DNA from: Priapulus caudatus
Lineage: Eukaryota
Reading direction: 5' to 3'
DNA: 44,132 nt
NCBI RefSeq assembly: GCF_000485595.1
Contig: NW_014577066.1
Coordinates: forward strand, 735,302-779,433
The position numbers were made by a program, and so were the translations under genes. Positions within the stretch are counted from its first letter, which is position 1, and every line of letters starts with the position of its first letter. The notes beneath the pieces are model-generated. The model was not told where the DNA came from. It saw only the letters and a list, made by a program, of their open reading frames with translations, and ran no database searches. Below, piece by piece: positions 1 to 11,325 of the stretch.

Positions 1-81
1 TCAACTACAGTATCTTCCCTGCCGGCAAGCTATATTATGAAGTTTGTCTCAGACGGCACTGCACGTCTAACACGGTGCGCG

Positions 82-2358
82 TATTATATAAATCTATGCT
101 AGGATAACTCCTCTTCATTTTAAATGCATAATCTTTGCAAAATACGATTTCTCTCGGAAGATATTGCGCATGAGCGCGCACCGTGTTAGGCGTGCAGTGC
201 CGTCTGAGGAAAACTTCATAATATAGCTTGCTGCGGTGGAGAGGAGATGGGAGACTGCGGAAAGGCGGTAGGAAAGATAGCTGGGGGCGGTAGAAGAAGA
301 AGGAGGCTGAGCGAGGGACAGGGGAGGCAAGGGGAAGGACGGGAGGGCATAAAGTAGGTGTTTTGTATCCTACATGCTAGGGCGCGCTCCTAATTACAAA
401 CACAGGTCTACTGATAAAAGTTTATTAGGGAAATCTATGCTGAGATATCACATAACAATTTTAAATGTATATTCATCACAAAATATAACTCCTCTGGTGA
501 GATATTGCGCATACGCTAACACACTAACGTAGCCAGATTGTGTACTGGCTGGTATACGCAGCGGGGACCTTACATGCGAGGTCTTCCTGCTATTCCTTAA
601 ATCATGTCAACTGATGGGATGTTATTATATATATCTATGCTAAAATAACTCCTCTTCATTTTAATGCATAATCTTTGCAAAATACGATTTCTCTCGGGAG
701 ATATTGCGCATGCGCGCGCACAGTGTTAGGCGTGCAGTGCCGTCTGAAGAAAACTTTATAATATAGCTTGCTGCGGGGCAGAGAGGATGGGAGACTGAGG
801 AAAGGCGGCAGGGCAGACAGCTGGTTTTTTTAGAAGAAGTATGATGCTGAGCGAGGGACAGGGGAGGCAAGGGGAAAGACGCGAGGGCATAAAGTAGGTC
901 TTTTGTACCCTACATGCTAGGGCGCTCGCCTAATTATAAACACAGGTCTACTGATAAATGTTTATTAGGGAAAATCTGTGCTGAGATATCCCCTAACCAT
1001 TTTAAATGTATATTCATCACAAAATATAACTCCTCTGGTGAGATATTGCGCATGCGCTAACACACTAACATAGCCAGATTGTGTACTGGCTTCTATACGC
1101 AGCGGGGATCTTACATGCAAGTCCTTCTACGATTTCTTAAATAATGTCTACAGATGGAATGTTATCATAGAAATCTATACTAGGATAACTCCTCTTTATT
1201 TTAAATGCATAATATTTGCAAAATACGATTTCTCTCGGAAGATATTGCGCATGCGCGCGCACCGTGTTAGGCGTGCAGTGGCGTCTGAGGAAAACTTCAT
1301 AATATAGCTTGCTGCGGGGGAGAGGGGATGGGAGACTGAGGAAAGGCGGCAGGAAAAATAGCTGGGGGCGCTAGAAGAAGAAGGAGGCTGAGCGATGGAC
1401 AGGGGAGGCAAGGGTAAGGACGCGAGGGCATAAAGTAGGTGTTTTGTACCCTACATGCTAGGGCGCTCTCCTAATTATAAACACAGGTCTACTGATAAAA
1501 GTTTATTAGGAAAATCTAAGCGGAGATACCCCCTAACCATATTAAATGCATATTAATTATAAATTATAACTCCTCTAGTGAGATATTGCGCATGCGCTAA
1601 CACACTAACGTAGCCAGATTGTGTACTGGCTGCTATACGCAGCCCTGACCTTACATGCAAGGTCTTCCTCCTATTTCTTAAATTATGTCTACTGATAGAA
1701 TGTTATCATAGAAATCTATGCTAGGATAACTCCTCTTTATTTTAAATGCATAATCTTTGCAAAATAAGAATTCTCTCGGGAGATATTGCGCATGCGCGCG
1801 CACCGTGTTGGGCGTGCAGTGCCGTCTGAGGCAAACTTCGTAATATAGCTTGCTGTGGGGGAGAGGGGATGGGAGACTGAGGAAAGGCAGCAGGGGAGAT
1901 AGCTGGGGGCGGTAGAAGAAGAAGGAGGCTGAGCGAGGGACAAGGGAGGCAAGAAGATAGACGCGAGGGCATAAAGTACGGGTTTTGTACCCTACATGCT
2001 AGAGCGCTCTCCTAATTATAAACACAGGTCCGCTGATAAAAGTTTATTAAGGTAATCTATGCGGAGATATCCCCTAACAATTTTATATGTATATTCATCA
2101 CAAAATATAACTCCTCTGGTGAGATATTGCGCATGCGCTAACACACTAACGTAGCCAGATTGTGTACTGGCTTCTATACGCAGCGGGGATCTTACATGCA
2201 AGGTCTTCTCCGATTTCTTAAATGATGTCAACTGATGGAATGTTATTATATAAATCTATGCTAGGATAACTCCTCTTCATTTCAAACGCATAATCTTTGC
2301 AAAATACGATTTCTCTCGGGAGATATTGCGCATGCGCGCGCACCGTGTTAGGCGTGCA
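82..2358. repeat. ~540-bp tandem satellite, ~4.2 copies
   Basis: Motif ataatctttgcaaaatacg (or near variant) recurs at ~128, 668, 1209, 1750 and 2290 (period 540-541). The ORF track shows the same ~71-aa pseudo-ORF at the same period. Each unit holds two diverged internal copies of aaatctatgc...gagatattgcgcatgcgc. Confidence 0.95.
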
Positions 2359-3687
2359 GAATCGTGCGTCAATAAACTCAATATTCACAGAGACTATAGC
2401 TAAGACATGTGTCTATAGGTATCTAGAATTTTAGAAATTTAATCATCTGTAATTCACTTTCGCACGCATATATTTGCTAATATACTGACTAATCGTGCGT
2501 CAATAAACTCAATATTCACAGAGAGTATGGGATGTCTATATTCAAGCCGGTACGGGAATCATTTGCATAATATATTCTAGTTATATTCCCAGATATAGCG
2601 TTTTTCAAGTTTCCCACAGAGCATGATAGGTACTAGATTTATCACGTGTTGCATGTTATATACGTTTGCAAATAATAAATTCGTTAGGACGGCAATGACA
2701 GATGCAGTGACTCACTGACTGCTGTGCACACGAACAAAGACTGTACTTATTGATTGTTTAATTATATGTAATCATAATATCAATGTAAACTAATACAATA
2801 TACAATCTTGTGAAGCTAACAGTTAAAAGTTAGGTAAAAACACTACTTGGTTCGGTGATCTGTGTAATTCTGCTGCCCTTTGTTCTGTGAAAAATACCAG
2901 TTAAAACGATATGCAATTTGTAAATAATACACCACATCACATGACACATGTAGATGGTCATGTACATAGACTTCGGAAGTGGATCTGCAACATAAGAAGA
3001 GCCGACATTGACGGGTTAAAAGACAGCCAATGCAAATATCTGCTAATTTGAGATAATCATTTTGAGGCATCTCAATTTATGTGTCCAGCTGACAAGGGTT
3101 AAAATCACTGGCTGCTTTGAAATGTGATATGCTGTACCTATTTAAAAATATAACTATTATTAGTATGGGAAATTAGTAAAATACATTGCTTTGTCTGCTT
3201 CTCGTCGTGTGACTCATGGGGCGTTATACATGTACCAGGCTTGATTTCATGAAATATACATAAACAGAAAAATACGGTTGAGAAATATTCACTGCTGGGC
3301 ACTGAAGTATATTATCATTATTGCTTATGGCAATATCAAAACTAAACCAACACATGCTGAATAATTTTGCTAATAAAAAATTCAAACTGTCTGTATTTTA
3401 CCTAATTTTCCATAATTCCTTCACCCGATCCCTTCCACCTTTATTAAAAACACAAGGGCAAGTCAAAAAATTTAAGAAGCTAAGAAAGGATGCAGTTCCA
3501 TCTCTGATAGAAGTCAGTAACCCTCCTGCATTCCGAACCTAGAAACAAGCAGAATCGTAAATTGCTGAAGCTCCAGCACTTGTGATTAAGCTTCTTAGCA
3601 ATAAATGTGTATTTGAGTAAAAATTATGGAAATTATATCGTTTTTATTATTGTTTGTAGAAAAAACAAACATCTTACAAAATCCGGT

Positions 3688-3797
3688 CACAGACTGAGGA
3701 ATAAATTAAACTACAGACTGTAGCACAGTATACAGTGTTCACATTACGCATTGTGATGTTATGTGTGTATTGCGCATTAGTCTGTGTATGGTCTGTG
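3688..3797. mobile_element. Small non-autonomous DNA element, CACAGAC...GTCTGTG termini, 7-bp TSD
   Basis: Flanks atccggt (3681-3687) and atacggt (3798-3804), one mismatch. Confidence 0.55.
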
Positions 3798-4090
3798 ATA
3801 CGGTGTGGATGATCGTTTTGCATGTAAAAATAAATGTACAGCCGTTTAATAGAGCAAAATCTACTTGAAGACTAACATTTGACCTTCTAGATTCAGGAAT
3901 GTATAATTAAACTCCAGTCCAAATATTATAATTAACGATAGAGACGTTTTAATGTTACAACGTTACACATTTACGGTGTGTCACCACAGCCAGATTTTTA
4001 GTGTACCGCTACATTCGCTAGGCGGCGCCACCATTCAATTCCATAACACTATTTTGGCGTTGCGTCCAGTCTGTGTATCCGTTAGTCTGT

Positions 4091-4792
4091 GGTATAGCCG
4101 TCAGTTTTAAAACATTTTTAAAAAATATTTCTAATAAATATTGAACCATAAAACTTTTTATGAAGCGTAATTTTAACCAATCTTAGCAGAAAATATCTGA
4201 AGAACCTAAAGAAATGTATCCCTTTAACTTCTCAATCAAACTTTTTGATCTGCACCACAGAGTTCTATTTACCTGAGCAGCGGAACACTCGCAGCACTAA
4301 TAACATTATTTTGCACGTTACATACGACCGAGGGCTAATCTCAAAAGTGCAATTATATTTATACCTAAATGCTATTTAACCGAACGATGTTCATTTTAGG
4401 ACAAATTTATCCATATTATAACTGAAACTATATGTTGTTTATAAGATATTGCAATCCTTCTGCTCTTAAATTAATAAATACAAAACACCCTCGGTCTGTA
4501 GCCTGCAGCCGAAACGTTGCTTTGTGCAACTTTTCAGTGGGTGTGCTGCCAGTGGTGCCACCGTCTTTGTAAGCAACGGTATAGCCGTCAGTTTTAAAAC
4601 ATTTAAAAAAAAATATTTCTAATAAATATTGAACCCTAAAACTTTTTATGAAGCGTAATTTTAACCAATCTTAGCGGAAAATATCTGAAGAACCTAGAGA
4701 AATGTATCCCTTTAACTTCTCAATCAAACTTTTTGATCTGCACCACAGAGTTCTATTTACCTGAGCAGCGGAACACTCGCAGCACTAATAAC
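4091..4792. repeat. ~215-bp near-identical direct repeat pair (4091-4304 and 4578-4792)
   Basis: ggtatagccgtcagttttaaaac...gcagcactaataaca occurs twice with few substitutions. Confidence 0.9.
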
Positions 4793-4805
4793 ACAATCGA
4801 TATAA

Positions 4806-4872
4806 TTAATCCATACAGCGTTCAACCTTTGTCTCCTCATGGCCTTCATCCCGACTGCTTATACTGTTATAC
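4806..4872 (-). CDS. Tentative terminal CEP57-like exon (YNSISSRDEGHEETKVERCMD*)
   Basis: gttaag acceptor ~100 nt downstream, phase compatible, ends in TAA. No recognisable homology. Confidence 0.35.
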
Positions 4873-7800
4873 CTTAACATACGGTAAGCACGTGCGCTGT
4901 AACTCTCCCCGATCAACTACTACTAGACTACTGTTGCGTTTATAAAGTTTGTGCAGCGTGCACTCTACGTACATAGCCAGGAGACTGAATTCCTTCTCCA
5001 GTGCTGCCATCAACTCGCTCAACTCTGACGCACTGCAGTGACTAGATGACGGTAGAGGTTGGGTCGCGGTGAGCTTTCTCGCTCTGTAAACACAAACCAC
5101 TCAACATGTACTAGCAATGTCAAACCCATAATAATCCCCATGTGATAACCCGTTATTGTCTAATAATAATGTAAAGTCAATTTTAGCAACGCCCTTGCCT
5201 TCACAGCAGGAATTGTATTTTGGTAGGGAAACATGGTGTCGATTCATGTTCATTTACAGTCAAACACGCATTAGTGTACAAACATCTACATAACTAAATT
5301 GTCTATAAAAGACTATAATATCTGGTGTACCCTTAAGTTGTAGTTATAAAGTGAAAGAACTTCTATAGAACATACAGCTGTTTACAAAGGACACTTTTGT
5401 GGTATCCTTTCAGTGAACCTTATATACAAGTCTGAATGTGTTCATATTCCCAGATGCACATAATCCTCTAAAATATCAAGTTACCCACATCCTCAATAAT
5501 GATACTGCCAAGGCACATGTAATAATAATGCATATGAATAATATATATAATCACCACCCCAGACAATAATCACATGGCAATTCATTAATTGTTTTTATCT
5601 GCTATGTAAAACATCTTTAAACATGTCATTGTATTTTTATAGCAAACTTTACATAATTGCTACTAGACATGCAGTTACTTACTACTCATATTACTTGAGA
5701 AAACTAACATCCCGAAAAAATTAAGCATAGGGCCATACTCACTTGGGCGACTTGTCACACAGTGAACTGTGCGTTTTTAATGCAGCAAGCATTCCCTGTA
5801 TGTTGCCACCTACGGAATGACTTTTACTTGTGGCCTGGAAAAGGTACATGTCAGTATGCACACTCCAAATAAACAAGAAACAATAAACTTGTTTGTTGAT
5901 TCTAAACAAGTATCGTACCAGGAGTCTATCAATTTTGATTCAAAATTGATTCTATTGATAGACTCCTGATCATACTCTCTTAAAATGTCCTAATCTTTTA
6001 TGGCAGTTCTTGTTTGCTCAATTTTAGCCTAACAAACAGACCACTTTTAAGAACCATAGATCGTGCGCTAATCATGTGTTCACATGAGTATATATATAGA
6101 CTTTGCAACTAAAATAACACATAGATTTAGTACATATATTCACGGCACATGCAGTTTTCATCAATCTATAACCAGATGCAAACCAGACAACGTGTAACAA
6201 CAGTTTGGCTAAATCTTCTCATCTCCCCACAGTATCTACAGCCTGGACACCAAACCACTACCCTTCAGACATAGATGGTAACAACACTGAACAAGGATCG
6301 CTCAAATACAGGTAGCAACAAAACGTCAGGTCGTCACGACAGAACAATGCAAGCGATTCCCCCCGGCGTAACATACCGTGCCAACTACGAATGGAATTTC
6401 GGCAAAGTTCACTTGGTAATGTTCGGATCGGGCGGAGCTCTGCCGTGAGTTGGCTTCCGGCCTCCGTCTTTGTGTCTGGACCGACGCTGTCCTCCTACCA
6501 TTGTCACGTGACTTCGGGGGATTAGACGTCACCTGAAACGTACGATACAAATAACTTACTCGCTGTAACAGAAAGCTAGGTGAATGAGAATTATCTCAGG
6601 ACAGTGACATTTTTCATCCTATTCACCCACGACAACTCCCTGTTTCCTTCAATGCAGCTAAAGATCAGAAGGGTACGGATGTAGTAAAATGGGCCCACAG
6701 TGAAAAACAGCATGACTTGTCTCAAAACATGTTAGATCTGGTATATGACAACACAACTTGGCAATTTATGGCACTTAGATAGCACAGGGCCTAGGTACAA
6801 TACTATGGTATTATTGCAGGCTTATACTGAAAACCTCCAAATATATATACTTATTAGGATTAGAAAAAATATATTCTCAATACAGTTTCCCACATCAGCA
6901 GGTATTAGTACCAAAACACTCTTAACTGTGGCTGTCATTATTAGACTACCAACGAACTGCAATCATTAATCATGAAAATTTAATTAAAATAATTGTCATC
7001 TCACAATCGACTGGAGTAACTGTTGCTGTTTTTATTACATAAAAATTATCTTGGCTTACCTGTGATTAGGTAGGCAAATAGTAGTGAGAATAGCTTACCT
7101 GAGCAAGGAGCTCCTGCATCTCCTGTCTTTGTCTCTCCTCCTCCTCTTCTAGCTTTTTCATCTTCATCTGCTCGTCATGCACAGCAATCAAGTAATATTA
7201 AGCCCCACATAACATCCGACAGATACCTTAGTACTAGTAATTCGGTTTACATAAGAATTCTTCTACACTAGGCAGTTTATAAAGTTGCACGGTGACGTGA
7301 ATACCGGTGCTGACTGCAAACCGCTAACACTCGGCAACTCGGTGTTATGCAAACCAAAATAAGTCTACGAGCTTACTGTAGGTCAGAAAGCCTTCAGCAA
7401 GCTACCAAGCATACTCGTATCAGTACACTCCGTATCAGTAGGATCAGGAGTATCAGTATCAGTACACTTCGCACACTCGATGGATACATGTCTTAGGCAT
7501 CACTGAGAGGTTGCTCAATAAGCGAGGGCATGCGGAAGGCAACGGACGTGGTATCGGCCGCACCTGTGCAAGTCTCTGCGAGGCAGACAGCCGAATGTAA
7601 TCGCTCTCGAGCTTGTCCAGTTTGGCGAGTCGATGCTCGAGGTCGGAGCGCGTCGTCTCTCGCGCGCCGGCGGTCTGCTGCAGTAGCGCCATCTCTCGCT
7701 GCGCGTTTTCGTACAGCCAGCGCATGTTGTCGCACTGTGTTTCTAGGATGCAGCGATGCATGCGACACGACTCTGGCGCGCCCGGCGCTGCTGCAAGAAT

Positions 7801-9626
7801 GAGCGCGAGCGTTACTCGGCGAGTGAACAAGCGCAAGACGACAAGGGGCCGGCATCACAGACAAGAATGTGACACGACCTGCATGACCATGCAGGAAACC
7901 AGGTTTAAAGAACCGCCACCTTGGTCAAGAACCTGTCCTTGTATGCTTCTCCCTACTTGCCCATGTGTATGCCACTAGTGCATTTTTTTTCGTTGCCCAA
8001 AATAGTCGACGTAGTACTTACTGCTAAACGAATGCGAGAGAAACGACCTACGAGAAACAGTACTTTCAGTCACTAATGTCACCATATGATTGATTACGAG
8101 CATTGGGAGTGCAACCATTAGCAATCAAAGGTGATTGTTGCCTATTGCTGCCAATCAAAGGTATTGTTGACTATGCGAAGATGCTTTATCACTCCTGCTG
8201 ACAGATATTAGGAGGTGATGTACATAGGTCCGTTGGATAGCTAGTAATGAATTATGTACCTACCTTTCCCTAGTGTCTGCTGGTTGGGCGGCTTGTGCTC
8301 CTGCCCCTCCTCACCCTCAGATGCTGATTTCGGGTCAGTCTTCGCGTCCGACTTACTTCGCTCATTGTCGACTTGCCTTATCTTATCTCGTAGGTTGCGC
8401 AATGCTTCAATTACACCTGGTGGTCAGATACCAGTGAAAAAATTAATTAATTTTTTTCCGGGACTCTTTTTGCAAACCCCCCCCCCAAAATTTCGGGGGC
8501 TACTTTTTCATTTTCCAGGGCTCTTTTTCCACTTTCCAGGGCGACTTTTTTCCAGGGCTGTTTCCTCAAATGTACACACAAGCACAGTAGCTAATACACT
8601 CGCGGGGGCGCACACACACCACCAGGGGCGTAAATCCGTACCGAGGAGTGGGGGGATGATCGGCGATAGCCGGGGGCGAAATTAACCTTGGCTGCCGCAG
8701 GCAGGCCCGCGTGCCGTAGGCATGCCAGTGCTAGGGGGGTGTGGGGGCATGCCCCCCGGAAAATTTTGAAATATTTAACCCATTTTCCTGCAATCTGAGG
8801 CATACTGTGGCCCATATTCTCATGTCTGATGACACTATCTCAACCCTAGACTCAACCCTACAAGTAAGGATTCAAAACACTTTTCATGACTTTTCAGAAA
8901 GCGTACACAGTTAGGTTACTATCTATCTATACTATAATTTGGCTAATCTTGTGTGTGTGTGTGTGTGTGTGTGTGTTGTTTGNNNNNNNNNNTATATATA
9001 TATATATATACGAATATGCAACTGGCACTATGTGGTATGACTCTTGCATAAATGAGAACCAACTTGAAACTTTTGAAAGTATTACTGGATGGCAGAATAA
9101 GTAGCATGGTTTCTCATAATTGGTTTCTATACATACCATAAATTGGCACATGTGATATACTTCAAATATATAGTTTCTACATTACAAAAACAAGCAGATA
9201 TGTACACAATAAACCACATAAAATTGTTTCCCTAATGAAAAATGTAATCTAAAGCACATAAACTCTTGAGAAAATGACAATTAAAACCTAAAAACCAGAG
9301 AAGAGACGTTTTAATGCACTATTTACGTTTGTAATAATAAGAGATTAGTGCTTGCTTTCACACTTCTAGCCCAGCTTAGGAATATGACAAAGACAAGCGG
9401 TTGGTCTTATTAAATTGTAAATCCAGCATAGCCGATCTTCATTCTGGCGCACAAGAAAATAATACATTGTGCAAAATACATGTGCTACGTTTCTTAATTT
9501 GACTAAGACGTGATTTTCAGTTTTTATCATTGCTTGCTCTGGTGTTCATTTACTATTTATATAATGCTGCTCAGTTACTAAACCGTTTCCTTCCCAGTTC
9601 CCCTACCCTATCCTTGTGGCTTTGCA

Positions 9627-9658
<32 letters not shown>

Positions 9659-9859
9659 CCCATCAGATTAAATTATAATCTAAGATAAACACATTTTTTT
9701 ATTAAAATATCAACATTTTCTGCAGAAATTCCGAAAACTGCATAGAATAGAAATTATAAGAAAATTATATGGAAGGTAGTAGAGACATGCATCTAATCAT
9801 TCTAATGTACCTTTGTAATTGGTGTCAGAGTTGAAGTCCCTTGGTGAATACACCTCCAT
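4806..9859 (-). CDS. CEP57: CEP57/translokin-like centrosomal coiled-coil protein, spliced gene (~307 aa as modelled)
   Basis: Phase-consistent GT-AG exons: 9859-9811, 8416-8264, 7790-7564, 7167-7099, 6532-6377, 5834-5743, 5083-4973 and tentatively 4872-4806. The peptides GVIEALRNLRDKIRQVDNER, RCILETQCDNMR, KLDKLESDYIRLSASQRLAQ, HYQVNFAEIPFVVGT-ATSKSHSVGGNIQGMLAALKTHSSLC and ELSELMAALEKEFSLLAM match remembered CEP57/CEP57L1 motifs ([64 protein letters not shown]) in the same order. Confidence 0.85.
4973..5083 (-). CDS. CEP57: CEP57-like exon (ARKLTAT...ELSELMAALEKEFSLLAM)
   Basis: tttacag acceptor, AT|gtacgt donor, 111 nt, phase 2-2; start of the C-terminal microtubule-binding region. Confidence 0.8.
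5743..5834 (-). CDS. CEP57: CEP57-like exon (ATSKSHSVGGNIQGMLAALKTHSSLCDKSP)
   Basis: ttttccag acceptor, AA|gtgagt donor, 92 nt, phase 0-2. Confidence 0.85.
5919..5968. mobile_element. 50-bp hairpin mini-element, CAGGAGT...ACTCCTG, 7-bp TSD
   Basis: caggagtctatcaat / attgatagactcctg inverted arms; flanks atcgtac and atcatac. Confidence 0.65.
6377..6532 (-). CDS. CEP57: CEP57-like exon (VTSNPP...HYQVNFAEIPFVVGT)
   Basis: tttcag acceptor, ACG|gtatgt donor, 156 nt. Confidence 0.85.
7099..7167 (-). CDS. CEP57: CEP57-like exon (MKMKKLEEEEERQRQEMQELLAQ)
   Basis: cag acceptor, CAG|gtaagc donor, 69 nt, phase 0-0; resembles KKMQELEAKLHEEEQERKRMQ. Confidence 0.8.
7564..7790 (-). CDS. CEP57: CEP57-like exon (APGAPESCRMHRCILETQ...QRLAQ)
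   Basis: attcttgcag acceptor, CAG|gtgcgg donor, 227 nt, phase 1-0; lies inside ORF 7459-7836. Confidence 0.85.
8264..8416 (-). CDS. CEP57: CEP57-like exon (VIEALRNLRDKIRQVDNER...TLGK)
   Basis: cag acceptor, G|gtaggt donor, 153 nt, phase 1-1; N-terminal CEP57 coiled-coil motif. Confidence 0.85.
8432..8820. mobile_element. Degenerate hAT-like MITE fragments in a CEP57 intron
   Basis: G/C homopolymer-rich motifs (caggggcgta..., ggggcatgccccccggaaaattttgaaa) typical of invertebrate hAT-type MITEs; no intact TSD seen. Confidence 0.35.
9811..9859 (-). CDS. CEP57: CEP57-like first coding exon (MEVYSPRDFNSDTNYK)
   Basis: ATG at 9859-9857 with an in-frame upstream TGA. Donor G|gtacat is phase 1 and joins the 8416 exon as Gly. 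Confidence 0.6.
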
Positions 9860-10319
9860 GCTTTGTGATGGCAGAGATGCTCAACCGTAGGCTATACCAG
9901 TAGAAAACTACAAACAAAGAAGTTATCAATTCACTGTGATGATATCTTTATGTGCATGTGCCATGTGCTTAATGTGATACTTAAATTGGTTTATTGGGAA
10001 GTATAAATGTACATCTAATAGAACATGGATTAAAATTAGAATAGCAGAGGCTGTGTTGTTTCGCAGAGGAGCACTCGAATTATATTTACATAGAACTATT
10101 AGGTGATAGACAGTACACAAATAGTTGGTAGTAAGGCCACAATTAAAAAAAACTTTGTTTGCCCTCACCCAACCCAGGCTGAAAAGTTTGGGTAGGTAGG
10201 TAGGCTTCTTTTTTTTGAATGGGTCTTTTTACAAATTCAGCATGGTGTCTACATGCTCGGGTGTGCTTGTGTAGAGATACCTTTTATGTTGAATGTTTGT
10301 TTTGCTTGGTACATATAAT

Positions 10320-11325
10320 CAGGAGTAGATAATAGGGAAGGAGTGTGACTTCAATAAACAAGGGAAATTTGTCATTTACTAGCCTTAGAACACCTACGAT
10401 TTACTACGCGTAACTCAACCAACTTGAGCTCAAATCGTACACAGTACATTTGCATAGCATCATGTGAAATCGTTTCCTCGTATACACCCGCAATCCGGAG
10501 ATACAGACTAAAACGTACGACACGATTTTCCATTCTGTTGCCAGCAAACTCGATGTGTTAAAGGCCGCCGCACACCAGCCGATTTTTACAAACGATGAAG
10601 CGATGAAGCGATGAAGCGATGAAGCGATGAAGCGATAAAGCGATGTAGGTGTGCGGCGGCCTGAATATGCGAGCTGAGAAAAAAATACAATGCGTCCAAG
10701 CGAACTATCAAGCGAACAATGCGAATTGAGTGTGGAAATTTACACAGCCACTCGCACACGCTGTTCAATCTTCTAAGGTCACGCGCACACCACAAAATCA
10801 CGTCCAAATAATCGGTTCAAAATCAAACATGTTTGATTTTGGAACGATCACCCGATAAAAATAAAATCGTCTACAAATGAACGCGCACACCTACATCGTT
10901 TCATCGCTTCATCGCTTCATCGCTTCATCGTTTGTAAAAATCGGCTGGTGTGCGGTGGCCTTAACCGCCTAACTCGAAACAAAAGGCAGCTACTAACAAC
11001 TCTTGCGCCATCGGCAATGCGGTGTGGCTCGCTGAGCTAACCTTTGACCTATTTACAGCTGCTTTTTGTTTCGAGTTAGGCGGTTAACACATAGAGTTTG
11101 CTGGCAACAGAATGGAAAATCATGTCGTACGTTTTAGTCTGTATCTCCGGATTGCAGGTGTATATGAGGAAACGATTTCGCACGATGCTAGGCGAATGTA
11201 CTGTGTACGATTTGAGCTCAAGTTGGTTGAGTTATGCATAGTAAATCGTAAGTATTCTAAGGCTAGTAAATGACGAATTTCCCTTGTTTATTGAAGTCAC
11301 ACTCCTTCCCTATTATCTACTTCTG
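10320..11325. mobile_element. Foldback MITE with ~270-bp arms, CAG...CTG termini, 7-bp TSD (P-superfamily-like)
   Basis: Left arm 10320-10561 plus 10962-10990 pairs with right arm ~11056-11325. ATATAAT flanks both ends (10313-10319, 11326-11332). Confidence 0.85.
10562..10961. mobile_element. PIF/Harbinger-like MITE, 400 bp, TAA TSD
   Basis: TIRs AGGCCGCCGCACACCAGCCGATTTTTACAAACGATG / reverse complement, with internal (GATGAAGC)n. TAA is duplicated, and the host's right arm shows the empty site tgtgtTAAccgcc. Confidence 0.9.

Noticed and set aside
115..2231. Repeated ~71-aa ORFs (MPPLSLAQ...) as a tandem peptide gene family
   Set aside because: They start at TTG in a eukaryote, have no recognisable domain, and simply follow the satellite period.
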